Source of the DNA: Candidatus Rifleibacteriota bacterium
GTDB taxonomy: Bacteria > Muiribacteriota > Ozemobacteria > Ozemobacterales > Ozemobacteraceae
Direction of reading: 5' to 3'
Assembly (NCBI GenBank): GCA_024710355.1
Contig: JANJUX010000012.1
Location: 1-64,000, forward strand
DNA length: 64,000 nucleotides
Shown: positions 53,830-62,754 of the stretch, in pieces
Layout: every line of letters starts with the position of its first letter
Numbering within the stretch: the stretch's first letter is position 1
Notes under the pieces: model-generated
Database searches by the model: none
What the model was told of the DNA's origin: nothing
Seen by the model: only the letters and a program-made list of their open reading frames with translations
Position numbers and translations under genes: made by a program

Positions 53830-54534
53830 TCAGGCCTTGATATCGATTTTCGGGGCAGTTTTTCTGCCGCCATCTTCAGATTCTTCTTTTTTTTCGGTCT
53901 GCAGCTCGATGCGCGCCTGCGCCTGGGCCCGGTTGGCGGCTGCGGCAACGGAGCGGTCCTGTGACGACGGGTTTTTGGGGGCCAGTGCCGCCCGTTTCAC
54001 CACTTCCATTTTTTCGATGGTGGCCTGCGGGTCATCAGGAACCTCGGAAGTGTCTATCTGAACCTCGCCGCCAACGGCATAGCGCTTGCCGTCAGGCCCG
54101 GTTTTGTATTCAAAACTGGCGCCGCCCTGAACATACTGACCGCCGGCGGCAACGTGGGCGGCTTCATGGGCGCGCACCTCGCGATCGGTTTGTTTTAGCT
54201 CATTTATGACTGCCAGTTCTTCGGGGTCGTGCTCTTTTGCCGGGCCGCCGGGGGCTGCTTTTGCATCTTTCTTCTGGTCTTTGCCGGCGCGGCCGCCTGC
54301 AATTCCGCTGGCAGAATCTTCTTTGTCCGATGCTTCGGGCTTTTGCCTGCCTGCCGCATCCGATAGCCCGGGCATTGTTAACGGGCTGGAAATTGGTGTG
54401 CTGCCGGGTGTTTCTGGCATAGCCCTGCTGTCAGACAGGTTTTTGTTCGTCTGGTATGAGTTTTTCGGCAGTTCGTTTCTGGTTATTTTCACTTTTTTCA
54501 CCCGGAACACAGATGCTTCAGGTGTCTGAAACAT
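53830..54534 (-). CDS. SprA-related family protein (putative HExxH metallopeptidase-like)
   Basis: VRAHEAAHVAAGGQYVQGGASFEYKTGPDGKRYAVGGEVQID core. Confidence 0.45.
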   Translation of the reverse strand: MFQTPEASVFRVKKVKITRNELPKNSYQTNKNLSDSRAMPETPGSTPISSPLTMPGLSDAAGRQKPEASDKEDSASGIAGGRAGKDQKKDAKAAPGGPAKEHDPEELAVINELKQTDREVRAHEAAHVAAGGQYVQGGASFEYKTGPDGKRYAVGGEVQIDTSEVPDDPQATIEKMEVVKRAALAPKNPSSQDRSVAAAANRAQAQARIELQTEKKEESEDGGRKTAPKIDIKA

Positions 54535-54617
54535 TATTTGCGTCCACCATTGCTCTGTACAATTTTAACATACTTTTTCACCTCTCAGAAAGTTCTCATC
54601 CGGTTTTGCCGACAGCA

Positions 54618-54642
54618 AAAGACCCGCGCACCGCGCGGGTCT
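54618..54642 (-). terminator. Intrinsic terminator downstream of small-protein paralogue 1
   Basis: On the minus strand: agacccgcgcggtgcgcgggtct followed by a U-rich stretch. Confidence 0.45.
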
Positions 54643-54718
54643 GAAGGCACCTGATTTTTTTGTCGGGAAGGATCCCCGTCAGAAGCTGTTACAACCGCTG
54701 ACAGTGAATTGCAGAAAC

Positions 54719-55045
54719 TTACTGACCAGCCTTCTGGGTCTTCGGGGTCAGATTCTTCATGGTTTCTTCGTAAATTTTCTGAAAGCGGGTGTTGAATTTT
54801 TCAACGCCGGTTTTGAAAACGGCTTTCATTTCGTCGTTGCCTTTGATGGTGTTGTTGTAGATTTCGTGCATGATTTCAGCATTGCGATTCATGTGTTCGA
54901 AGAACATTTCCATGTTCTTTCTGGTGTGGCCGCTCTGCTGTTCCATGGTAGCGTTCCAGAACTTGTTCATAACCGAAAAATTTTCGTTCATGAGCTGAGC
55001 GTATTCGTTTGAGAATTCAATCCCTTTGTTAGTGTTGTTAGTCAT
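54719..55045 (-). CDS. Small alpha-helical protein, paralogue 1 (phasin-like, function unknown)
   Basis: 108 aa. About 80% identical to the ORF at 57844..58170. AGGAG RBS. Near-consensus promoter upstream. Confidence 0.6.
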   Translation of the reverse strand: MTNNTNKGIEFSNEYAQLMNENFSVMNKFWNATMEQQSGHTRKNMEMFFEHMNRNAEIMHEIYNNTIKGNDEMKAVFKTGVEKFNTRFQKIYEETMKNLTPKTQKAGQ

Positions 55046-55104
55046 TTTAAAACTCCTGTTGAAGTATTGATTTCAGATTTTCCGCATCGCTGCGTTGCAA
55101 AATA

Positions 55105-55133
55105 AATATAACAAAAATGCTGCAATGCGTCAA
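55105..55133 (-). promoter_or_regulatory. Sigma70 promoter TTGACG-17-TATATT for paralogue 1
   Basis: Read on the minus strand. Conserved in position and sequence with the paralogue-2 promoter. A conserved ACGCAGCGAT lies just downstream of the -10. Confidence 0.5.
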
Positions 55134-55438
55134 GAAAAAAGATTTTATTTTTTTGGCAGTGCAAAAACCATTGCCTGACAGGAGTTCTGACAACCTTTTT
55201 CTGGCTGTTGCCATCGCGGGGCGCAGGCCAAATTACAAGAGCAGCGGGGTAGTCATCTGTTACACAAGAATTGCATAGTCCTCTGTCATTTCTGCGTTTA
55301 TGCCCCGGAGGGGCGGCCGGCGACGAAATGACAGACAATCTGCATCAAGTTTGGCAGGCCAATGGATGGAGACAAAGCAATCAAATCCAATTTGCGAGCC
55401 GTTGCCGGCGGATAGGTTGAGCTTTGTTTGTACAGAGT

Positions 55439-56173
55439 TCAGCAGTTTGTTGCGCAGGTTTTTCCGGTTCTTTTTTGTTCTTCGAGGGCGATGGCTGCCG
55501 GGAAAAGTATGGTGTTTTCCTTGTGAATGTGGCGATGCAGGTCGTGTTCGAGATTCTGCAGCTGGGTAAAAAGGGTCTGCATGCTTCTGCAGGCCCATTC
55601 TGGCGACTGATAGCCATCGGTGAGACGGCGCAGTTTCTGCAGCAGTTCGCTGGCATCATCATGTTCAGTCAGCATCTGTCTGATCGGGTTGCCTACCGAA
55701 CCGCAATGAAAAGATGGTAAGGAATTGCTGGCCTCGAGCTCTCGAATCATCGGGAAAAGAATCTGCTCTTCCTTGGCCAGATGATTCATCAGTTCGGACT
55801 GCAGCAGTGTCACTCCCTGCAGAACCTGATGCAGGCGGGTATCTCTTGCTGCATGGGTTGCTGTCACGCGTCCGGCAAGACTGATCAGCTCAGGAAGCTC
55901 GCGATACAGATAGACGTGATGCGTTTGCTCTATATGATTGGCCAGTTCGGTAAGTGTCATCTTCAGGAGTTCTGTCTGTACCTGATCTTTGCCTGTCGGC
56001 AGGTTTTCTATCTCACTGAGAACGGCTTCAGGGTCGAGGCCTTTTTCACGGCAGGCTTCAGCAAGAGGCTTGTCGCCATGGCAGCAATAATCGATGTGGT
56101 AATGTTCAAAAAGTTTCCAGAGAGAGGGGTTGACGGCCACAATTTCGCCGACCGATTGATTCAGGTTAAACAT
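55439..56173 (-). CDS. ric: Iron-sulfur cluster repair di-iron protein (RIC; ScdA/YtfE family)
   Basis: ScdA_N motif (YHIDYCCHGDKPLAEAC). Hemerythrin-like His/Glu ligands (HHVYLYRE, HLAKEEQILFP, HIHKENTILFP). Trimmed to ATG MFNLNQSVGEIV. Confidence 0.85.
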   Translation of the reverse strand: MFNLNQSVGEIVAVNPSLWKLFEHYHIDYCCHGDKPLAEACREKGLDPEAVLSEIENLPTGKDQVQTELLKMTLTELANHIEQTHHVYLYRELPELISLAGRVTATHAARDTRLHQVLQGVTLLQSELMNHLAKEEQILFPMIRELEASNSLPSFHCGSVGNPIRQMLTEHDDASELLQKLRRLTDGYQSPEWACRSMQTLFTQLQNLEHDLHRHIHKENTILFPAAIALEEQKRTGKTCATNC

Positions 56174-56182
56174 AAACGCTCC

Positions 56183-56219
56183 TTTTTTAGTATCATTTAA
56201 TTTAAATGATACTAAAAAA
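56183..56219. promoter_or_regulatory. 37-nt near-perfect palindrome (candidate Rrf2/NsrR-type operator) immediately upstream of the ric RBS
   Basis: TTTTTTAGTATCATTTAA-T-TTAAATGATACTAAAAAA. Ends 1 nt from the GGAG RBS of ric. Confidence 0.5.
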
Positions 56220-56273
56220 GAATCAGATTGCAAGTGTTTTTTGCGGCGATACCAGAAGCCTTTTCGACAGGGT

Positions 56274-57647
56274 TTATTTAAGAGTTTCTTTGAGAAAGTC
56301 GTCGGTCAGACCGAGACGTGTTACGCCGTCAAGCCATATCTGAACCGCTTCTTCGGGGCTGCGGCTGCGCAATTCTTCAACCGGCGTGATGCGCTCGTCT
56401 TCTTCAGGGTAATGATTGAGCAGGAAATTGCGGATTTTTCCGACAACAAAAGTGTTCTGCTCGATAAAGCCGCCATGGGCGGCATTTTTGACCTTAAGCA
56501 GGCGACAATCGGGTATGCCTTCATACATGACTTCGGCATATTCTGGCGGGCAGATAAAATCGGTTTCGCCGACAACCACGAGTGTCGGTGCTTTGATCTG
56601 TCCAAGTCGGCTGATGACGTTGAACCCTGAAAAATGCGTGATGTTGTAATCTTTCATGAATGCCAGTCTGGGCTGAAAAATGCGTTCGCTGGCCCAGGCT
56701 TTGGTCCAGGGCGAGCTGTCAGCGGCTGAGCTGATGGCTCGCTGGTCGAGCATTTCAATGCCCTGCACCAGCACGATTGACACCGGCAGAGAACTGTAGG
56801 CGGCCCGGGCGGCCATTTCCCTGGCCGGGGCGAGAATGGCGTCGAGAATGTCTGACTGGCCATTCTGTGCGATCTGCAGCGCCATCGTCGCCATGGCAAT
56901 CTGGCCCCTCAGCGAATAGGTATAAGGCAGGCAGAGTGTAAGAAAGTCGTTTGAGGTCAGGTTGTAGCCGTAGGCGTTGGATACTTCGCCGTTGTCGAAT
57001 TTTTCGATGCAGCTGAGCATGTTCTCTTCGACTCCGGGCAGCACCTCTTCGAGTGCGGTCAGGCCATTCGACATGTTGATGTGCATGTTGGTGAAATAGG
57101 CGTTGCTTGGGGTCGAATCATGGATTATCAGCTTCGAAACATTGGCCGGATACATGATTGCATAGGTCAGCGCTACCGCGCCGCCGTAAGATTCGCCGAG
57201 CACCGCAATCTGCTTCTTTTTGATGACGTTTTTGCGCAGTTCTTCGATGTCGCGGCAGATATCGGGGGTGCCGTAGGTGCGGTAATTGCGGGTGCTGAGG
57301 TTGGTGTAGCTGAGGCCGGCTGAATTGCCGGTACCACGCTGGTCGAAGTAGTAAACGTCGAAATGGGTGCGCAGAGCCGAGAACCAGTCGCGGTTATAGC
57401 CGGTGCCTGCGGGTTGATGAAAGCTGTCGTGCGGCATGCCGGGGCCGCCATTGATCATGACGATCGCTTCGGGTGCGGCACCGGTGGCTTTGAGTTTTTC
57501 CCAGTAGATGCTGATTTTCTGGCTGCCGGCATACGAATAATTCTCGGGAACGGTTATTGTGCCCCAGTCGTAGTCGCGCGGGTGTGGAATGGCGCCGGGG
57601 CATGACCCGGCGACGAGAAGCAGCAGACCCAGAAGCAGCTTTTTCAT
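56274..57647 (-). CDS. Secreted alpha/beta hydrolase (S33 prolyl-aminopeptidase-like)
   Basis: Signal peptide. HGGPG oxyanion motif region (NGGPGMPHDSF). Nucleophile elbow GESYGG. Confidence 0.75.
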   Translation of the reverse strand: MKKLLLGLLLLVAGSCPGAIPHPRDYDWGTITVPENYSYAGSQKISIYWEKLKATGAAPEAIVMINGGPGMPHDSFHQPAGTGYNRDWFSALRTHFDVYYFDQRGTGNSAGLSYTNLSTRNYRTYGTPDICRDIEELRKNVIKKKQIAVLGESYGGAVALTYAIMYPANVSKLIIHDSTPSNAYFTNMHINMSNGLTALEEVLPGVEENMLSCIEKFDNGEVSNAYGYNLTSNDFLTLCLPYTYSLRGQIAMATMALQIAQNGQSDILDAILAPAREMAARAAYSSLPVSIVLVQGIEMLDQRAISSAADSSPWTKAWASERIFQPRLAFMKDYNITHFSGFNVISRLGQIKAPTLVVVGETDFICPPEYAEVMYEGIPDCRLLKVKNAAHGGFIEQNTFVVGKIRNFLLNHYPEEDERITPVEELRSRSPEEAVQIWLDGVTRLGLTDDFLKETLK

Positions 57648-57770
57648 GTATTCGCCTCTATTTTAACTGTATCTTCAAAGTTATTCAGGAATCTGTGCTT
57701 TTTCAACCGGAAAATTTACCTGCTGATTGTTGCGTCGCAGAAATTGGCAGCGGCCGTAAGTGCCGGAAAT

Positions 57771-57809
57771 AAAAATCAGGGGCCCGTGTCACTGACACGG
57801 GCCCCCGCA
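57771..57809 (-). terminator. Intrinsic terminator downstream of small-protein paralogue 2
   Basis: 12-bp GC stem ggggcccgtgtc / gacacgggcccc. U-run on the minus strand. Confidence 0.5.
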
Positions 57810-57843
57810 CTGGAGTTGATTGGAACTTAGTTTATCGAAACTC

Positions 57844-58170
57844 TTACTGACCGGCGTTCTGGGTCTTCGGAGCGATATTCTTCATGGTTTCTTCATAAAT
57901 TTTCTGAAAGCGGGTGTTGAATTTTTCGATGTTGGCTTTGTAGATGGCTTTCAGTTCGTCATTGCCCTGGATGGTGTTGTTGTAGATTTCGTGCATGACT
58001 TCTACGTTGCGGTTCATGTGGTCGAAGAACAGTTCCATGTTCTTTCTGGTGTAGCCGGTGGTCTGTTCCATGGTGGCGTTCCAGAATTTGTTCATGACCT
58101 GAAAATTTTCGTTCATGAGCTGAGCGTATTCGTTTGAGAATTCCATCCATTTGTTAGTGTTGTTAGTCAT
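57844..58170 (-). CDS. Small alpha-helical protein, paralogue 2 (phasin-like, function unknown)
   Basis: 108 aa. Same RBS and promoter architecture as paralogue 1. Confidence 0.6.
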   Translation of the reverse strand: MTNNTNKWMEFSNEYAQLMNENFQVMNKFWNATMEQTTGYTRKNMELFFDHMNRNVEVMHEIYNNTIQGNDELKAIYKANIEKFNTRFQKIYEETMKNIAPKTQNAGQ

Positions 58171-58228
58171 TTTAGAAACTCCTGTTTGAAGTATTGATTT
58201 CGAACTTTTGGTTTGATTGATCGCTGCG

Positions 58229-58257
58229 TTATGAATTTATATTAACAATTTTGCTGC
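58229..58257 (-). promoter_or_regulatory. Sigma70 promoter TTGACA-17-TAATAT for paralogue 2
   Basis: Read on the minus strand: consensus -35, 17-nt spacer, near-consensus -10. Confidence 0.5.
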
Positions 58258-58466
58258 AATGTGTCAATAAAAATTTAAAAAATATTTTCTCGAATTAATG
58301 ATATTGGCTTTTAGTGCTGGTTTTGTAATGCTGGATTGCAAAAAAATAAAACGCAAAGCGGCATGGTTTTGAAAAAATACATCCTGGCGGAGAACTTTTC
58401 ATGTTTTTTGCGGTATTAGATATATAGCCGATTGTGTTATCAATCGTTTCTCTGGAGGAAACCGGA

Positions 58467-59774
58467 ATGAAACCCAGAAATTATTTTGTCTTTGTTTTAC
58501 TGTTGCTGCCCCTGTTTGTTTTCGCAGGATCGGACCTGCTGAAAGCCCAGACGGCTGCAGATGTCTTCGGACAGAGTTCCGTCGTCATCTCTGACCCGGC
58601 AAAAAGCCAGCCCGAAGCTTCTACTGCTCCATCAGGCATGGGTGGTTCCTTCAGTGGTACAGTCAGGGCCATACCTGGCCTCAATATTCGTAATGGCCCG
58701 TGGGGGGCGATCATCGGCTCATTCGGAAACGGTGCCAGCGTGACCGTAATCGGCCAGGAGGGCGAATGGTACAAAGTCAGTTATAATGGCACGGTTGGTT
58801 ATTGCCATTCAGCATATATAACTCAGAGCTCGACGCCGGCGGCATCAGCTGCCCGCGGTGGTACTGTCAACGCTGTGCCGGGCCTGAATGTTCGCACCGG
58901 CCCGTGGGGAAGCATCGTCGGTTCATTCGCCAACGGTGCCAGAGTCTCTATTCTTGGCCAGGAAGGTGAATGGTACCGGGTCAGTTATAATGGCGCGGTT
59001 GGCTATTGCCATTCGGCCTATATCAACGCCGACAGTGCTTCTTCGACTGCGCCGGCTCAGCCTGCCAGCACTCCTGCCACCTCGGCTGGTTATGTCACTG
59101 CCGATGTTCTCAATGTCAGAAGTGCCCCGTGGGGCTCGATTCTCACCACTTTCAATTATGGCACGAAGATCGATATCGTCGGCAAAGAAGGTGACTGGTA
59201 CAGAGTCAGCTGGAACGGGCGCATCGTTTATTGCCATGCCAGCTATGTTTCTTCTTCTAAGCCTTCTTCTGGCACCACTACTCCGGTGACCCCGGCTGCC
59301 GGTGCCAATGGCAAGGTCGTTCTGCCCGTGCCGCAGCAGTGCCAGGGTTATGTTAAATGCCCATACCCGTGGTCTGCCTGTGGTCCAACTTCTCTCGGCA
59401 TGGCTCTTGCCTATCACAACAAGCAGAATGCCGGCGCTCTGGCCTCTACGCTCTGGAATACCTGTGGTTCGACCGGCGCAGCGGGCACTTCGCATGCTGG
59501 TATGCTCACCGGGGCCAGGGCCAATGGTTTCCCGAATGCAAAATGGCATTACAGCGTTGGTTTGTCGTGGGTGCGCGAGCAGATAAAGGCCGGCAAGCCG
59601 GTTATTGCCAACGTCTACAACCACTATGTCGTTATTACCGGTGTGGATGACAGCGGCAATATTTATTATAATGATCCCGCCAAAGACCCGGTGCCGCAGG
59701 TCAGGTCGTTTGACAGCTTCTCGGCCTGGTGGAACGGCGGTGGCTGTTATCACGCAGCCATGACCCTGAATTGA
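58467..59774 (+). CDS. Secreted protein with three SH3b repeats and a C-terminal C39-like (papain-fold) peptidase domain
   Basis: GGAGGA RBS. Signal peptide. Three ~65-aa repeats (...NVRxGPWGxIxGSFxNGAxVxIxGQEGEWYKVSYNGxVGYCHSAYI). C-terminal Cys motif CGPTSLGMALAY and His NHYVVITGVD. Confidence 0.75.
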   Translation: MKPRNYFVFVLLLLPLFVFAGSDLLKAQTAADVFGQSSVVISDPAKSQPEASTAPSGMGGSFSGTVRAIPGLNIRNGPWGAIIGSFGNGASVTVIGQEGEWYKVSYNGTVGYCHSAYITQSSTPAASAARGGTVNAVPGLNVRTGPWGSIVGSFANGARVSILGQEGEWYRVSYNGAVGYCHSAYINADSASSTAPAQPASTPATSAGYVTADVLNVRSAPWGSILTTFNYGTKIDIVGKEGDWYRVSWNGRIVYCHASYVSSSKPSSGTTTPVTPAAGANGKVVLPVPQQCQGYVKCPYPWSACGPTSLGMALAYHNKQNAGALASTLWNTCGSTGAAGTSHAGMLTGARANGFPNAKWHYSVGLSWVREQIKAGKPVIANVYNHYVVITGVDDSGNIYYNDPAKDPVPQVRSFDSFSAWWNGGGCYHAAMTLN

Positions 59775-59791
59775 CGGCGTGGAGTAAAAAT

Positions 59792-60703
59792 ATGATCAAG
59801 TTTATGATTATGGCACTTGCTTTGTTTATGCCTTTTTCTGCAACAACGGCCGCTGAACCTGCCGCGGCCGCCGCGACAGCTTTTGATGCCGGTGTTTTGG
59901 TGCCGGGAAGTTTTCTTTCACTGGCTGGCCGGAGTGATGGTTCGGTGTTTCTTCTGGGCACTGACCATCAGCTGGTGTGCCTTGCTCCTGACGGCGCCAG
60001 CAGTGCACTGACTCTGCCTCCGGTTGTTGAATCCAAGCCCGATGATCGTTTCTGCGACCTCGTTGTTGATGGCAACAATGCCTGGTTCTGCGGTTTTGCT
60101 TTTCCGGTGATTTTTGCGCTCGATCTTGAAAAGCTGGCTGAATACCAGATCGTCAGAGCCTCGGACCCTGAGGCGGCGGCCCTGAATCTCCTCAATCTCG
60201 ATCGCCGCGGCAGCGGTTTTGCCATCCGTGATGCCGATGGCAATACTCTGGTTCTCGAAAACGAAAAACCGGTGGTAAAACTGGCAAATCATGCTTCGCT
60301 GCTTTGTGGCATGAGCGGGGAACCATTTATTATACCGCCGCCGGTGCCGGAGGCTGCCAGCTCGACAGTCGGCAGCGTGGTCATTCATCAGGCTGGCGGC
60401 ATTTTCTGGAAAGCGCCATTGCCTGCGTTACCGCGAGTGCTGAAGTCGGTTGAGTTTCTGGGCTGTGATGACCAGAAACGCAGTATTTTTCTTGTAATCA
60501 CCGGCAGTGGCGAACTCGACAGTGAATTTACCCTCTATGCGGTCAGTGCCGAAGGCAAAACTCTGGCTGAAAAGAAGATTATCGGCCCGTCCGGGCTTGA
60601 AATGCAGCGCTTCTGTCGCCTCTCGCCCGATGGCAGTATTCTGCTTGCCGAAAAAGCCCCCGGAAACGAACCCGGGGTCCTGGTTAAAAAACTGCGTCTG
60701 TAA
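59792..60703 (+). CDS. Secreted hypothetical protein
   Basis: Signal peptide. No family assignment. Trimmed to ATG MIKFMIMAL.... Confidence 0.5.
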   Translation: MIKFMIMALALFMPFSATTAAEPAAAAATAFDAGVLVPGSFLSLAGRSDGSVFLLGTDHQLVCLAPDGASSALTLPPVVESKPDDRFCDLVVDGNNAWFCGFAFPVIFALDLEKLAEYQIVRASDPEAAALNLLNLDRRGSGFAIRDADGNTLVLENEKPVVKLANHASLLCGMSGEPFIIPPPVPEAASSTVGSVVIHQAGGIFWKAPLPALPRVLKSVEFLGCDDQKRSIFLVITGSGELDSEFTLYAVSAEGKTLAEKKIIGPSGLEMQRFCRLSPDGSILLAEKAPGNEPGVLVKKLRL

Positions 60704-60756
60704 AGTAAGGACAAATATTCTGGCCCCGGCTGGATGGGACAAAAAACCGGGGAAAA

Positions 60757-60803
60757 AAATCAGCTCCGTTTGCCTTGTGGCGAGCGGAGCTGATTTGTTT
60801 TGT
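60757..60803. terminator. Bidirectional intrinsic terminator
   Basis: atcagctccg...cggagctgat stem flanked by an A-run upstream and a T-rich stretch downstream. Between convergent genes. Confidence 0.55.
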
Positions 60804-60822
60804 CAGACGTTGGTGATTGGTT

Positions 60823-61626
60823 TTATGGATTACCGGTCTGTGGTGCGGCTTCAGTTGCTGGAGCGGCTTCTACTGCCGGGGTTGCTTCAGTTTTTGGGGC
60901 CGGCTGGGCTTCTTCCATCTGCGGCGCGGCTTCGGTGGCTTCGACAGCCTGAGGTTTTGCAACAGCTGTCTGGCCACTCTTCTTCATACCGCCGCGGGCG
61001 ATTTTAAGCCACTTCTGGGCTTCTTTGTTGGCGGGGTTGAGGCGCAGCGATTCGTTGAGAAGTTCGACGGCGCGGGCGTATGAGCCCTGAGAGTAAAGCA
61101 GGTAGCTCCATTTGCGCAGAGAGTCTGAACCGTTAACTTTGGCTTCGGCGGCTTTTTCCGAATTCGGATACTTCTGCAGGAAATCGAGCCAGAGAGCAGA
61201 TTCGCGTGAATAGAAATCGATGCGTTTGTGGGTCATGGCGAGGTTGAACAGGTGCTTTTCGGCGTTTTCAGCGTCGGTCTGCAGCAGGTATTCAAGACGC
61301 TTGATTTCGAGGTCGGCGACGGCCCGCGGAGATTCACCGAGCTTGAGCTGGGTTCTTACTTCGGGTGCGATAGTGGCGAGCACGCGCATTTCGGCAAGCG
61401 GCATAGAACAGTTGGCGCAGTAGTCAGCCTTGGCCATGTTGTCGTGACCGCATTTGAGGCAGTGGTTGAGCGGGTTCTGGCAGTTTTCGCAGAGAATGGT
61501 TTCAGCTTTGTTGATCCAGTTGCACTTGCCGCAGATGTTACGGCCGATCATGGCATAAGCCGAAGACAAGACCAGTACAAAGGCAGTTAACAGTACGATA
61601 CTTCTGAAGAGAGATTTTGAAGTCAT
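60823..61626 (-). CDS. Membrane-anchored double zinc-ribbon + TPR protein with Pro/Ala/Glu/Thr-rich C-terminal tail
   Basis: N-terminal TM. CGKCN...CENC and CLKCG...CANC zinc ribbons. TPR-like helices. PAET low-complexity tail. Confidence 0.55.
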   Translation of the reverse strand: MTSKSLFRSIVLLTAFVLVLSSAYAMIGRNICGKCNWINKAETILCENCQNPLNHCLKCGHDNMAKADYCANCSMPLAEMRVLATIAPEVRTQLKLGESPRAVADLEIKRLEYLLQTDAENAEKHLFNLAMTHKRIDFYSRESALWLDFLQKYPNSEKAAEAKVNGSDSLRKWSYLLYSQGSYARAVELLNESLRLNPANKEAQKWLKIARGGMKKSGQTAVAKPQAVEATEAAPQMEEAQPAPKTEATPAVEAAPATEAAPQTGNP

Positions 61627-61800
61627 TATTTTCCCCTTTCTTTCGGGTTCAGTTTTTACCCGAAAAACAGACTCCTGTGAAAGCAGCATAACCACAAAGT
61701 GCCCATTAATTCAAGCTGCTTGCCCGAAAATTAATTAAATGAAGAATTTTAAAATTTTTAAATAAATCTGTGCGAAACTTGACTCTTGATTTGTGAAACC

Positions 61801-62322
61801 ATGAAAAACCACAACCAGATAACCGAAATGCTCGAAATCTACCGGCAGAACCCGGAAAAGGGTTTTGCCCTGATCTATCAGGCGTTTTCGGCCCCGGTTT
61901 TTCGCTATCTGCGCAACTCATTCACGCTGTCGCGTGAAGAGGCTGAAGACATACTGCACAACGTCTTTCTGCCATGGGTGCAGAACCCGCAGAAATTCGC
62001 CACTGTCGAAAACCCGACAGCCTACCTGTTCACCAGCGCCAGAAATGCGGCGCTGAAAAAACGGGCGCAGCCGCGCGAACAGTCGGTGACAGTTGAGCCG
62101 GCCAGTCATGGGCATGAGAATCAGGTCGAAGATGCCATGCTCATCAGCCGGGCCCTCTCAGCCCTGCCGGAAGAGCAGAAAGAAGCCGTGGTTTTAAAAG
62201 TCTGGACCGACATGACCTTTGAAGAAATTGCCGAAGTCCAGCAGTGCTCGCTGCAGACGGTGGCATCAAGGTACCGTTATGCAATTGCCAGATTAAAGGA
62301 GTTGATCCCATGGAACCGCTGA
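61801..62322 (+). CDS. ECF-type RNA polymerase sigma factor (sigma-70 regions 2 and 4)
   Basis: Region 2 (FLPWVQNPQKF...YLFTSARNAALKKRA). Region 4 HTH (LSALPEEQKEAVVLKVWTDMTFEEIAEVQQCSLQTVASRY). Confidence 0.8.
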   Translation: MKNHNQITEMLEIYRQNPEKGFALIYQAFSAPVFRYLRNSFTLSREEAEDILHNVFLPWVQNPQKFATVENPTAYLFTSARNAALKKRAQPREQSVTVEPASHGHENQVEDAMLISRALSALPEEQKEAVVLKVWTDMTFEEIAEVQQCSLQTVASRYRYAIARLKELIPWNR

Positions 62323-62726
62323 ACAAGGATCAATTTGAAAAATATCTCGAAGCTCACCGGCCGACTGAAGAACCGTCAGTCGAAGTCTTCAACCGTCTGC
62401 AGAAAGAAGCCGTCTGGAACAGGCCCGCGGGGCCCGGTAGATTTGCCTTGCCGCTGTTGCTGATTCTGGCCCTGCTGGCTATCGTTGTCGGCAATATCAG
62501 CGACAGTAATGTGCCTGAAAAGGTTAAAGGCAGCGAAAAGCCGGTTCCGGTAATTGAAAAGGTCGTTCCGGTACCGCCGCCGGTAATCGCTTCTGCCGAA
62601 TTTCCCGAGAAAATCGGCGTCGCCAGACTTCTGCGCCACTATGACGATGATTTCAATCTTTCTTTTGCTGAAGATAAAACAGGTGTTTTAATGTTGGGCT
62701 CCTCGCGCGAACTGGACAACATTTGA
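62310..62726 (+). CDS. Putative anti-sigma factor (single-pass membrane protein)
   Basis: 13-nt overlap with the sigma gene. Short cytoplasmic N-domain, one TM (FALPLLLILALLAIVV), Pro/Val-rich periplasmic part. Confidence 0.5.
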   Translation: MEPLNKDQFEKYLEAHRPTEEPSVEVFNRLQKEAVWNRPAGPGRFALPLLLILALLAIVVGNISDSNVPEKVKGSEKPVPVIEKVVPVPPPVIASAEFPEKIGVARLLRHYDDDFNLSFAEDKTGVLMLGSSRELDNI

Positions 62727-62754
62727 TTCATAAATTCATTTCAAGGAGAGCATT

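Noticed and set aside
56183-56219. Palindrome as an intrinsic terminator for the upstream hydrolase gene
   Set aside because: The stem is almost entirely A/T (weak). It abuts the ric RBS, which fits an operator better.
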